Assembly (NCBI RefSeq): GCF_001194135.2
Contig: NC_069000.1
Span: 28,287,369 to 28,351,368 of the forward strand
Direction: 5' to 3'
Length of the DNA: 64,000 nucleotides
DNA from: Octopus bimaculoides
Lineage: Eukaryota
Each line of letters starts with the position of its first letter. Positions within the stretch are counted from its first letter, which is position 1. Shown here in pieces: positions 38,050-50,820 of this stretch. Made by a program: the position numbers and the translations under genes. The notes below the pieces were generated by a model. That model was not told the DNA's origin. It did not search any database and worked only from the letters and a program-made list of their open reading frames with translations.

Positions 38050-39280
38050 GAGTGTGTGATAGGATTGTTAAGTTAAGATTAGTGTTAGGTTATACAACAG
38101 TAACTTTTATCTTGGCATTTGCTACACAAGCTGGACTGGCAGATGAACAGATAGTGCATTTCTATGAGGCCCTTCTGCAGATTACCTTGGTGACAGATGA
38201 CAATGACCTTATTGTCATGGCTGGTAATTTTGGTAGACATATTGGGCACACTCTGGTGGATTTCATAATGTTCATGGAGGTTACAACTTTGGTCTTAGAA
38301 ATGAAGTAGGAATGAGGCTGTTAGAGTTCTGTGATGCAAATAACTTGTAGATCTGCAACGCTAACTTCAGGAAATTTACTAACCACCTGATCACCTATGA
38401 ATCTGGTGGACACAAAAGCTAGATTGACTACATTCTCACCAGAAAACTTAATCGATAGATGTTTGTGAAAGCAAAGTTTTTTCCTGTTGAGGAATGTACT
38501 ACTTAACATAGGTTAGTAGCTAGTAATTGCAGACTTAGAGTGAGAAGGACCCAGAGATGCAAACCAATCTGGAAAAGAACTATATGGAAACTTGAAGATC
38601 CTTCAAACAGTCAGAGATTTAGAGACATTCTAATTGAAGTATTTGACCAATCTGCAACATTTGCAAAGTTACAGGTGACTTAAGGCGATGTGGCGAAACA
38701 GGGAAGCAGACAGAGCTATTAAAAGTGAAGAGGTAGGCTTTGAAGGTTTGGAAGAATGGGGCAGCAGTGAACTACGTTTAACAAAGGGAAAAGCAGAAAA
38801 TAAGAGGTTGGCCAAACTTTTATGTCATAAGTAAATAGTGACATGAGGTGTTTTAGATTGCAAGGCAGCATATCAGAGAATACCACCACATTGTGGGAGA
38901 GAACTGTGTATGGAAGGATAATGGTACACGTGCACTTATGTTTCTGAAAAGTAAGCAGCATGGAAGCGTTAAGAAAGGTTACTAAATATGGAGAATGAAT
39001 GGGTGAAAGAAGGTCTTAATGTGTACCAAATGAAGAGTCCAGCCAATCTTATTGACAACAGTATGATAAAGCAGTTGAGGATATGTAGACATGAAAAATC
39101 CCTGGAGTAGGATGCAGTCTAGTCACCTGTATAGTTAAACAGGTATCTCACCTATCTAGTGTGGCAACATCATAGTCAACTGTTACAAGAATAAAGAAGA
39201 TGCCTTAAAAGAAGTTATCAGAGAGGCACCAAATTGTTGGACCAGATCATGAATATTATGAAGAGAGTTATAGTGTAAAA
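38050..39280 (+). mobile_element. Decayed RTE LINE, AP-endonuclease to early RT
   Basis: VKLRLVLG...AFATQAGL.DEQIVHFYEALLQI...LIVMAGNFGRHIG, RLLEFCDANNL.ICNANFRK, SQIDYIL; the 3' part matches 3190-3340. Confidence 0.75.
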
Positions 39281-39627
39281 GTGGGTAAGTTCATATCCTA
39301 TTACTAGTATCCAGTATGTCCTTAAAACAAAATACCTTACCTTCCCAATAGCTGCAGGATAACATAGGAAGAGAAGAAACTAGATACCTGCTCAGAATGT
39401 TTCCAACAGCAGGAATTCTACCAAAGACACCTAATGATTAGGTGTTGTAATTACATAATCAACAGTTGGAATTCAGTTATAAGAGAATATTCTTACCAAC
39501 ACTATGCAAAAATGTCAAAATATCATCACAAGTAAAATTATAGTATATTTTCCTTTTTGTCTCTCATCTAAAATATGTTTATTGTATCTAATCTTTTTAA
39601 TATTGTCATTTTTTCCATTTATTTCAG

Positions 39628-39700
39628 GAGTCCTTCCAAAATTAAAAGACCAACATTTAGATTTCCCAAGAAAGATATATTTCCAAAATCCAAAGAAAAG
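39628..39700 (+). CDS. RALBP1: RalBP1 coding exon 3
   Basis: (K)SPSKIKRPTFRFPKKDIFPKSKEK, compared with human SPSKMKRSKGIHVFKKPSFSKKKEK. TTTCAG acceptor, phase 2 start matches exon 2, donor GTAAAT at 39701. Confidence 0.85.
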
Positions 39701-40499
39701 GTAAATAAAATAAATAATGTAATTTTCTGATTGTAAAGAATTGTTTCTGATATTTGAATATATGTTGTTTTGTTGCTTATTGGTAATTAAATAAATTACT
39801 TGATTAATAAATACCAAGTGATGATAAATTGAGTTTAAAATGAAGCTTAAAGTTTAGATAAAAATAGGTATCACTGAATTTTTGAAAATATTTAAATGTA
39901 ATTTCTACTGTACTTCTTGGAGAGCATTCAAAAAGAAACATTTTGATACCTCATTTGTGAAATTTGCATGAATATTGTAGGAAATATGTCAGTTTGAATG
40001 GTCAGTGAATTGGTCGAAATCTTGCCTAATTGGCCTAAATGAATAATTAGCCTTATTTGTGATGTCATATCTTTGAAACTAAGGTGTTAATCATTTTCAA
40101 ATTACACAAATTAAAAGTGACTATGGTATAACAGTTGCCTATTTTTTTAAAGGTTCTTGAAAAGGAAACTTTTTTGGCAATTTTTAAGAATATTTATATA
40201 AAACCTATTTTGCTATGTGTCACAAACAGTTTCATGCTATTTTCAGACCTAGCTAAATCCAAAAGTACAAACCGTAGGGACTTGAGTTTTTGGCATATTT
40301 GTAGTAGGTAAAGAAAGAAATAAATCCTGAGATATGATGCCATTTCAATAAAATTTCACTGGACTATTTAAAATAGCTATAAATGGCTGATTTTCAGATC
40401 AGGACACCCACATAAGCTGGATTTTCTTCTTTTCGGAAAAGAATTTTTGTAATTTTTGTTTACATCACTGCTTTGGAAATGACTTGGGAGTTGGTGGTG

Positions 40500-41290
40500 C
40501 TTTTTTATTTCACTCTCTGAGTGAAAGGAAAATTGTATGATGCATATGTATGGTATTGAGATGTGGGCCCTGAATGCAGAGGATATGTGAAGACTAGAGA
40601 GGAATGAAGTTGGTATGCTCTGCTGGATGTGCAATGTCAGTGTACATGTGTAACAGAGCACTAGTGTGTTGAGAGAAAAGTTAGGCATAAGAGGAATCAT
40701 ATTCAGGCGTGCAAGAGAGAAGACTGCATTGGTTTGGTCATCTGATGTGATTGGATGAAGACTGTTGCATAAAGAAGTGCCGGTCACTTAAAGTGGAGGT
40801 GTTCTCCCCATCTAAACGTGTGTTTCACTATATGGTTGTAAGCAATAACTTTGCTAATGGTGTCATTTGCTTACAGTCCACTGTGAAAGCATAGCTGACC
40901 TTCGTGGCATTCTTTATGTGTTGTATGATCTTTATAACTAAAAGGCTCATTTCGGTATTGTTTTTATTTCCAGTTTTCCAAATAAGTAAATACCTGGACT
41001 GTTATTCAATAGACTGAGAAATGAATAGGGGTAGGGGTGCAACAGACAATGCATTTGGCTGTAGAAATCTCTGCTCTAACTCACATTTTTTTTTTTTTGA
41101 GACTATTTGTTGTTGTTTTTTTTCATTGTTTGAAAAGCAATGTTCTGCTGGACAGGTAATGTTAGTGTACATGTACAACAGAGTGTAAATGATTTAAGAG
41201 AAGAATTGGGTATAAGAAGCTTAGGTGTAGTGTGCAAGAAAGAAGACTGTTCTGGTAAAGTCATGTGATGCATATGAATGAGGACAGCTG
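40500..41290 (+). mobile_element. Two short RTE 3' RT fragments
   Basis: GTATGCTCTGCTGGATGTGCAATGTCAGTGTACATG and GTGCAAGAAAGAAGACTG segments match 4170-4330. Confidence 0.65.
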
Positions 41291-41341
41291 CATAATATAT
41301 AATATAATATATGTGTGTGTGTGTATATATAAAAATAAAAA

Positions 41342-42493
41342 AAAAATGTGTTATGAGCACATATAGAATATAATCCTATATGAACTCAACTAACAGTTAA
41401 AAAATGGAGAATCCATAGATCGTTTCGAATGATAATACCAACATGTAAGAAACATGGAAAAATTAAATTAATTATAATAATTAAATTAATTCAGTAACGT
41501 ATTACCATTCTCCTTTGTGGAAAAGATGAAGAAAACATCAAAAAAGGTATTAAAGAATATTACAATGAAAACTACAGAGAGCCTGTGTCGGATAAACTCG
41601 ATCGGATATTCATAAAAAGATTGTGAAAGAGGAAAAAGAAATATAGGAACATGCTTATGTAGTATTGAGTCTGTCTGTGTAAGAACTAGAACTGTTTTGG
41701 CCAATTTAATATAAGTAGGAAAGATCGGAGACAAAAAAATATAACATTGCACACACGTATCTAACACACACAAATGCTCCCACATAAAAGTGTATACACC
41801 TACACGTATATACATTTGAATACATGTTAATAATAAGCATCTTGAGGGATATGATAGCTATATTTAAATTTTAGTGTGTACTGACAGTTATGGGTGGTGT
41901 GCAATGAAAAATGGTGAAAAAATTGAAAAATAAATAGTTTACTAAAAGATGAGTGTCTAAGGATAAGAGGTTTAGGTATATGGATGTGATTTAAAATAAG
42001 TTACTAGAAAATCGAAGGGTAGGAAAACATAATTGGGGTAAATATAAAAACGACAGGATGTAACATTATGGTAAGATAGTATTATATTCGTTTGTAAGAA
42101 GAAAAGAAGGTATAGTTGTTAATGTTAAGAATTGGAAGAGAAAATAAAAAAGAAAAGTACATACTACCGTCAGAAAGAATTGTTAAGTAATTCATAATAA
42201 TGGATTGAAAAAAACAAAATTATTTATGGTTCACAGAGTAATAGTGTAGGGGAGATAATGCTAAATGTATATTCAGGAAAAAATTATTCTCCGGGAATAC
42301 ACTCGTATACACCTACACATACAAACATACATAGACAAAAAACATATGCATACACTCAAACCTACATATATACACCTACACATACACAAAACGGATGCAA
42401 GTATATTTGGAAAAACTCATACATATACACACATAGGTACATAAACATGTGTTTATAAAAATCGATATACGCACACACACACACACACACACG

Positions 42494-42552
<59 letters not shown>

Positions 42553-42616
42553 NNNNNNNNNNATATATATACACGTATTTACGTATGTTTATCTATGTAT
42601 ATGTGTGTATATAATG

Positions 42617-42665
<49 letters not shown>

Positions 42666-43297
42666 ATATATGTGCGTATATAGATGTTTATAAACATATG
42701 TTTATGTACCTATGTGTGTATATGTATATGTTTTTCCATATATTTACTTGCATCTGTTTTGTGTGTGTAGATTTGAGTGTATGTGTATGTTTTTTGTCTG
42801 TGTATATGTGTGTGTAGGTGTATACGTGTGTATTCCCCGAGAATAATTTTTTCCTGGAATATACATTTAGCATTATCTCCCCTACACTACGACTCTGACT
42901 CATAAATAAATTTAAAAAAAACAGAATCCCTGTTATTACGAATTATTTATCAACAATTTTTTCTAACGGTGGTAAGTACTTTTCTTTTATATTTTCTCTC
43001 TCAATTCTTAATATAATACTATCTTACCATAATGTTACATCGTCACTATAATATTTAACCCAATTATTTTTCCTACCCTTCGATTTTCTCGTAACTTCTT
43101 TTAAATCACACCTATATACCTAAACCCCTTATCCTAGACTCACTTCTTTTATTTGTTTCAGTAATTTGACTGTGGCCATACTGGAGCACCGCCTTAAGCT
43201 ATTTCTTTAATTTTTTTCACCATTTTTCATAGCACACCAGCCATAGCTGTCAATACACACTAAAATTTAAATATAGCTATCATATCCCACTAGACGC

Positions 43298-43362
<65 letters not shown>

Positions 43363-44672
43363 TTTATTATTTTATGTTTGACTTTTGCTTTGCATTTGTA
43401 CAAGTTGGATCCAAGTCTCACCCAGAGACCTCAAGAGACAACAAGTTAGAAGTTCATGTAGGTGTTATGCCTAGGGCACCATATATTTGGATTTGTACAT
43501 AGTATTGTTCTAGAGAATGTTTAAGAAACCATAAGAAAATTATGTGTTTGTTTTAAAATTTGAGATCACATAGATAGTATTTTACGTAGGANNNNNNNNN
43601 NNNNNNNNNNNNNNNNNNNNNNNNNNNNNNNNNNNNNNNNNNNNNNNNNNNNNNNNNNNNNNNNNNNNNNNNNNNNNNNNNNNNNNNNNNNNNNNNNNNN
43701 NNNNNNNNNNNNNNNNNNNNNNNNNNNNNNNNNNNCTGGCCTATTTGCATCTATCTTTCTGTCAGTTTGAATGGTGAAGTTCCAGAGGAGTGCGATGTGA
43801 TCATTTTCAAGTACTGGGGGTGGTTTATGTTCCCACCAGTTTTTATCATGGGGCAAGTTCAGGTTTTTGCAAATTACCCAGTGAATATATTGTGCAGCTC
43901 TATCATGCCTGTTGAGATACTCTGTAGGCGCAAGCAGACTGCACATGGAGACAACATGATCGATGGTCTCATTTTGTTGTTGGCATATACGACATAATGG
44001 GGAGCTGCCGTTCTTTAATATGTTGGCCTGGTAGTTCTTTGTAGGTAGGCATTGATCTTGGGCTGCTATGATAAACCCCTCTGTTTCTGATTTCAGAAAT
44101 TATTATTATTATTATTTATTTGTATTCGAATGTATATACGTGTAGATGTATGCACTTTTATGTGCGAGCATGTGCATTTATGTGTGTTAGGTGTGTATGC
44201 GCAATGTTACATTTTTTTTTGTCTCCGATCTTTCCTACTTATATTAAAAAACATCTGTTGGCCAAAACAGTTCTAGTTCTTACACAGATAGACTCAACAC
44301 TCCCTAAGCATGTTCCTGTATCTCTTTTTCTTCTTTCAAAATCTTTTTATGAATATCCGATCGACTTTATCTGACACAGGCTCTCTGAAGTTTTCATTGT
44401 AATATTCTTTTGTTAATAACTTTTTTAATGTTTTCTTCATCTTTTCCACAGAGGAGAATGGTAATACGTAATTAAATTAATATAATATTATTTTTAATTA
44501 TTATTATAATTAATTTAATTTTTCTATGTTTCCTACATGTTGGTATATCATTCGAAATGATCGTATGGATTAAACTTTCTAAAGACTTTTAACGTCTTCT
44601 CTTCTCCGTTTTTTAAGTGTTAGTTAAGTTTATATAGGATTACATACTATATATGTTCATAACACACTTTTT
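41342..44672. repeat. Large diverged palindrome centred at about 42557; the right arm carries later insertions
   Basis: 41342-42552 is the imperfect reverse complement of 42563-43297 plus 44110-44672. The ORF-track pairs 41486/44120 and 42258/42688 are homologous on opposite strands. Confidence 0.9.
43298..44100 (-). mobile_element. R4/Dong-clade retrotransposon 3' part (CCHC finger and RLE) with a (TAA)n tail
   Basis: LKSETEGFIIAAQDQCL..CRICQQQNETIDHVVSMCSLLAPTEYLNRHDRAAQYIHW..VLENDHIALLWNFTIQTDRKIDANRP; (ATT)n at 43298-43370 and 44100-44118. Confidence 0.9.
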
Positions 44673-44904
44673 ACTTCTAATATTTTCATATTTTAAATAC
44701 TTGAATTAGCAAGCTATTAATTTGACATGAATCTTTATTAGAAATGTAACTTTTTGTGCCCCCCACCACTAATGTTCTACTTGAACTAAACCTTTCTCAC
44801 ACACACATATATTTATATATGTACATATATGTTTATATATATACATATATGTTTATATAAAATTTAATAAATGGAGTAATACGCATATGTTAAATAAATT
44901 CTTT

Positions 44905-44996
44905 TATTTCCGACATGTGTTTCGAAGATTACAAATGGTTACTTCCATAGGAGTGAGTGATGTTGATAAAGATGTAATCTTCTCTTCAGGGAAATA
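44905..44996 (-). ncRNA. Complete type I hammerhead ribozyme, GUC site
   Basis: Minus strand TATTTCC-CTGAAGA-GAAGATTACA-[39 nt]-TGTAATCTTC-GAAA-CACATG-TC-GGAAATA: 7-bp stem I, 10-bp stem II, near-palindromic stem III; cleavage predicted after C at 44912. Confidence 0.9.
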
Positions 44997-45516
44997 CATA
45001 AGAGCCAACTTAACCGTAAGACATTTTAACCGAATGTGATAACTGTGGGTAGAGAAGATTGCTACCTATCTTATTTGAAAAAACCGTTGGAAGTTGCAAC
45101 GCTACGAAACAGTACATTGGACAAGGAGGGAAGGAAAAGAAGAAATTTAGAATTTAGAATGGGAAGTCAATAAAATGATTTAAAACCTGATAAAAATGGG
45201 AGAAGAGTGTTTTATGTATTATAGGACCGTAAAGGGGAATTAATCTTGTATTTATACATGTAGTGTTGATATAAATGCATATAAATATATATATATATAT
45301 ATATATATTTGGCAGGAATGGCAACGAAAGAAAGAAAGAGACCTCAATATTATGCAAATAGAGGAATGTATCTGTAAAGATACGTGACACTTATTCAGTA
45401 GCCATGATAAAACTCCGAGTTTCCGATCAACTTCTATACTATTAGACCATTTTTTCAAAAGAATCTCCGGTAGCTGGATAACTGGGGTTATTTTTCAAAA
45501 GAATCTCCGGTAGCCG

Positions 45517-45578
45517 GATAACTGAAGAGATGTTTGGAGTGGACCCCCACCCTGGCATCGGAAACTCGGAGTTTTATC
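45517..45578 (+). ncRNA. Minimal type I hammerhead motif (Penelope pseudo-LTR)
   Basis: GATAA-CTGAAGA-GATG..CATC-G-GAAA-CTC G GAG-TT-TTATC, with an extra G before GAAA; inverted partial copy at 45400-45425. Confidence 0.75.
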
Positions 45579-45610
45579 ATGGCTACTGAATAAGTGTCAC
45601 ATATCTTTAC

Positions 45611-45646
<36 letters not shown>

Positions 45647-46726
45647 GTTCATATACATACATATGTTCACATACATATGTTCACATATATATATATATAT
45701 ACACACACATATATACACATACATATACACACACATACATACACATACATATATTTGTATGCACATACATATGATAGACATGTGGTAATGAAGATTAAGG
45801 CCTATAAGTACATATATATACATATATGCACATATATATACACACACATACATACACATACATACATATACATACATTTGTATGCATATACACATGATAG
45901 TCGTGTGGTAATGAATATTAAGGCAGTGCTATATGTATAGGAAAATGATGCTTGTATGAACTAGTAAGATATTAAGTGTATGACAATTTATAAAGGTGAT
46001 GGATGATCTATTAATCTGAAGAGAGAGATTGTGTTGTTAAGTGAAATGGAAATCAGATGGGGCAAAAAAAAGGAGGTTAATGGAGTAAAAATTACTTGTT
46101 TAAACTAAGTTAATATTATTACCGAAGTTTACTTCAATAATCACGCTCTATATTTGTTGATGTAAGGGTTTTTCAATAGATAAAATAAAATTTTGTGTGG
46201 TGCAGTATTTTATATGTAATAAAGCAGGGAGAAGAAAATATTTATATGTTTTGAATTCATCTTACGATAAATGTAAACAAACGAATCTTAGATATGTCTA
46301 AGAAAGTTAAAGAAGACAATTAAAATTCTCAGACGCAGAATAATGCCACTAACATAGCCTAAACAGGATAAATAACTCCTATCTTTGCTGAAGAAAGTGA
46401 AAGCAACAAGTGAAGGAGATGGAGTTACGAAGTAGCAATGAAATCAAATGTATAAGGTTATTGGAGCACAACGTATTGAACATAGTTGGAAGTAATGTTT
46501 ATGTTAAGTTAAACTGAAAGTAATGTTTAAGTTCATGTTTACAGGTGTGCTGGGTGTCCTAATTTGGGTTCAAAAGATAGAAAGTGTTCAGATAACATAT
46601 ATCAAGCGATACAAGCCAATTATACCTTTAAACATATAAAGGTATGATTAACTTGCATTGCTTGAATTATGTGAGTAACTACTAGATAAATAGGTAAGTC
46701 GCCTCTGTTATATAAATTTGTAGGGG

Positions 46727-47515
46727 TTATTCATATGAAGAAAACACATGAGTTTGCCAATGTTTACATCTGTATGCTCTTTCGATGAACGTATTCATCA
46801 GTTTATTCTTCGAGAATAAAATGAAGAACAGTTCCATATTACATAATGGGCAAAATTTCTTACCTTTATCGTATGGTATAGATGTGGAGAGAATTAGCCA
46901 GTCTAAGTTAAATTGTATATTGTTATCTTTAAGTCCCCAAATTAATTTGCTGAGACTTGTGGTGTTGCATTTATTTCTATCCCTAAAAGAGGAATAATGG
47001 TTTGATATTCTTCTGGAAATTGGTGAAGAGGAAGATCCAATGTAAAAAGATACATCAGTAGGAGTGGTGACTTTGCATTGATATATAGTGTTCTTGAGTT
47101 TCGCATTATCACTTAAAAAACTAATTCTGTTGCTATTAACTTCTGAAATAATGATGTTGTTGTGGTACTTATTATTATTATATTTCTTCTTATAATTATT
47201 GTTACTTAGGTTATTATCTGTATTGTTATAATGGTGATGGTTTGTATTGTCGGAATTAATGTCATTGCTATCGGTACCCGTATGCGAATTTAATAGTCTC
47301 ATATTGTGTGCAGATATTATTTGCGAGATACTTTTAGTGTTTGAAAATCCAAATCTAACCTTGTGTGTGTTTATAACTGGGAAGTAGTGAGAATGTCTTG
47401 GAAAATTCTTATTAACAGCATTTTGGAATTGGGAAACCAGATTTGATTTAATCTGTTTTCCAAATAGAATTATTAACCAGATATTTTTAACAGATTCAGG
47501 TTTTATCAGATTCAT
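46727..47515 (-). mobile_element. Penelope-like element C-terminal ORF (GIY-YIG endonuclease), 5'-truncated, 262 aa open
   Basis: KVRFGFSNTKSISQIISAHN..TIYQCKV..FYIGSS..RRISNHYSSF..TSLSKLIWGLK..DW.IL..CPLCNMELFFI..LMN..RCKH follows the PLE linker and GIY-YIG pattern. Confidence 0.85.
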
Positions 47516-50500
47516 GTTTATATATATACATGTATGTTTATATATATATATATATATATATCAAAGAAAGTTAGGGATTGTGAATCCAACCCACTAAGGG
47601 ATAATATCTATCCAATGCACTGCTGGAAGAATACCCAATTATNNNNNNNNNNNNNNNNNNNNNNNNNNNNNNNNNNNNNNNNNNNNNNNNNNNNNNNNNN
47701 NNNNNNNNNNNNNNNNNNNNNNNNNNNNNNNNNNNNNNNNNNNNNNNNNNNNNNNNNNNNNNNNNNNNNNNNNNNNNNNNNNNNNNNNNNNNNNNNNNNN
47801 NNNNNNNNNNNNNNNNNNNNNNNNNNNNNNNNNNNNNNNNNNNNNNNNNNNNNNNNNNNNNNNNNNNNNNNNNNNNNNNNNNNNNNNNNNNNNNNNNNNN
47901 NNNNNNNNNNNNNNNNNNNNNNNNNNNNNNNNNNNNNNNNNNNNNNNNNNNNNNNNNNNNNNNNNNNNNNNNNNNNNNNNNNNNNNNNNNNNNNNNNNNN
48001 NNNNNNNNNNNNNNNNNNNNNNNNNNNNNNNNNNNNNNNNNNNNNNNNNNNNNNNNNNNNNNNNNNNNNNNNNNNNNNNNNNNNNNNNNNNNNNNNNNNN
48101 NNNNNNNNNNNNNNNNNNNNNNNNNNNNNNNNNNNNNNNNNNNNNNNNNNNNNNNNNNNNNNNNNNNNNNNNNNNNNNNNNNNNNNNNNNNNNNNNNNNN
48201 NNNNNNNNNNNNNNNNNNNNNNNNNNNNNNNNNNNNNNNNNNNNNNNNNNNNNNNNNNNNNNNNNNNNNNNNNNNNNNNNNNNNNNNNNNNNNNNNNNNN
48301 NNNNNNNNNNNNNNNNNNNNNNNNNNNNNNNNNNNNNNNNNNNNNNNNNNNNNNNNNNNNNNNNNNNNNNNNNNNNNNNNNNNNNNNNNNNNNNNNNNNN
48401 NNNNNNNNNNNNNNNNNNNNNNNNNNNNNNNNNNNNNNNNNNNNNNNNNNNNNNNNNNNNNNNNNNNNNNNNNNNNNNNNNNNNNNNNNNNNNNNNNNNN
48501 NNNNNNNNNNNNNNNNNNNNNNNNNNNNNNNNNNNNNNNNNNNNNNNNNNNNNNNNNNNNNGCATACCTCTCCCGCCTTCTCTCCAGGGAGTAGAGTCTT
48601 AGCTGTTTCAGCCTTTCCCAGTAGCTGACCAGTTGCAAAGAGACAATCTTCTTTGTGAATATTCTCTGGATTGCTTCAAGGTCTGCTATTAATTTCACAC
48701 TGGTGGGTGACCATAGCTGTGAGCAGTAATCCAGGCTGCTGAGGATGAATGTCCTCCAGAGGACCATCATGGTTTCCTTATCTCTGGTTCTGAATGTTCT
48801 CAGGATCCATCCAGCCAGTCGTCTGCACTTTGTCGCCATCCTGGTAATGTGCACTTGGAAAGAGGTATTATCACTCATGTTGATACCCAGGTCTCTCATT
48901 GATTTAGGCTCTGGGATTAAAATTCCCTGCGGACCAGTGTACTCTGTAAGTTTCATATTCAGTTTTGGACGTTGGTAGCACATGACTTGGAATTTTTCAG
49001 CATTAAACTGCATATTATTATCCTCAGCCCATCTGTATATTGAGTCCAACTCAATTTACTGCAGATGTGCAACATCAGTGGGGTTCTGTATTTTCTGCAA
49101 GACTTTCGTATCGTCTGCGTAGCATGCAAGGGTGGCTATCCGGGTACTTGAGGGCCTATCTGAGAGGGCCACTATAAAAAGCAGTGGTCCCAATACAGTG
49201 CTCTGTGGAACACCACTCACTATTTGTGTTTTCATGGAGGTGGCTCCATTAGCCACTACTGCCTGACTTCTATCTTTCAGAAAGTCATGTAACCACTCTC
49301 CAAGTTATCCAGCTATGCCAAGACCACACAGTTTGTGGCATATCATTCCATGATCCACTTTGTCAAAAGCTTTTGCAAAATCAAGGTATATTACGTCCAC
49401 ATTTGAGTTGTTGAGTAACTGTCTCAACACCCAGTCATATTGTTGTAATAGCTGGGCCAGGCAGCTCCTACATGGTCGAAAGCCATGCTGGGTATCACTC
49501 AGCAAGTTATTTTCTTCAAGGAATGTGATTAGTTTTCCTCTGACTATCCTTTCCATGACTTTGCTGATGTGTGAAGTCAGAGAGATAGGCCTATAGTTTT
49601 TGGCATCTGCTCTGCTTCCCCCTTTATGGATTGGGCATATTATCCCCTCCTTCAGCTTGCTTGGCAGTCTGCCAATTGCAAGAAAGCTCTGGAAGAGGAT
49701 CTTGAGGGGTTTTGCCAGGGTACACTTACACGATTTGAGGAGGATTGCTGGGAAACCATCAGGACCAGCAGTTGAGTTTGTGTCCATTTCATCTATAGCT
49801 AGTAGTACATCTTCACTAATGTCGATGTATTCCATCGTAACTGCCTCTCTGGTTATAGGGGCGGTAGCAAAGAAGTCCACTGGTTTGTTCACTTTTCTGT
49901 GTTCCAATGGGGTGGTGAAGACACTTTCGAACTGGTCATTCAGTACCTCACTGATCCTAGTCGGACTGTCTGTGAGGGAGCCATCCTTTTTGAAGAGGAG
50001 TTAAATCTTGCAGTGTACTGAGGCTGTTTCTTTCGCGTAATGAAAGAAGGCCTTTGGGTTTGACTTAATGTTTTTTATAACCCAGGCTTCTTTGTCTGCT
50101 CTCTGCCTCACATAGGATTGTTGCAGCCTTTTTTCAATCTCCATCAGGGTCGTTTTTAGGCTGGACCTTTCGCTACTTTTGGGATGCTGGTTGAGTCGAT
50201 TTGCAACTTTCATCCGTCATCTCATGAGGATCTTTCTCTCCCTTGGAATCTTGTTCCTATTTGTTTTGGCCTTGTGCTCTGGGACATATTTCTGGCATAT
50301 GGCTTGCACAATAGACATGAAACATTCTAGTTTCATGTCAATGTCTGGTGTGGAGAGACATTTTGGCCAATCCTCTCTGAGGATCTCTTTCTGGATCAGT
50401 TTCCAGTCTGCTTTGTGGAAGTTCAGATTGGAGAGATTTCGGGCGCTTCCTTTAGGCTGTATGTCTCTGGTTACTTTCAGCCCAAACATAGACAGCTCTA

Positions 50501-50820
50501 TTATGTTGTGATCCAAGGCTAATGCCGGTGTCACTTTCACATCATGAATGATGTCCATATTGTTCATGAAGCAGAGATCCAGAATGTTATTCACTCTAGT
50601 TGGTCTGAGAACAGCTTGCTCCATGAATAGGGCATTGGTGAGGTTGAGCAGGGACTCCACCTGTGCTTGCTTGCGATGAGTCATTCCTGAGAGTATGAGA
50701 CCTTTGGGCCATTTGACGTTGGGGAAGTTGAAATCACCCATAAGAAATATGGTCACGTGGTGTTCCAGTTTCATGAGGATTTCTTTAATTCTAGTGAGGC
50801 AATCTTCAAATTTGCCTATG

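Noticed and set aside
40248-40309. Candidate RalBP1 exon (TTTTCAG acceptor, GTAAAG donor)
   Set aside because: Exon 3 ends in phase 0, and this frame begins ACC TAG (stop); the other frames show no RalBP1 similarity.
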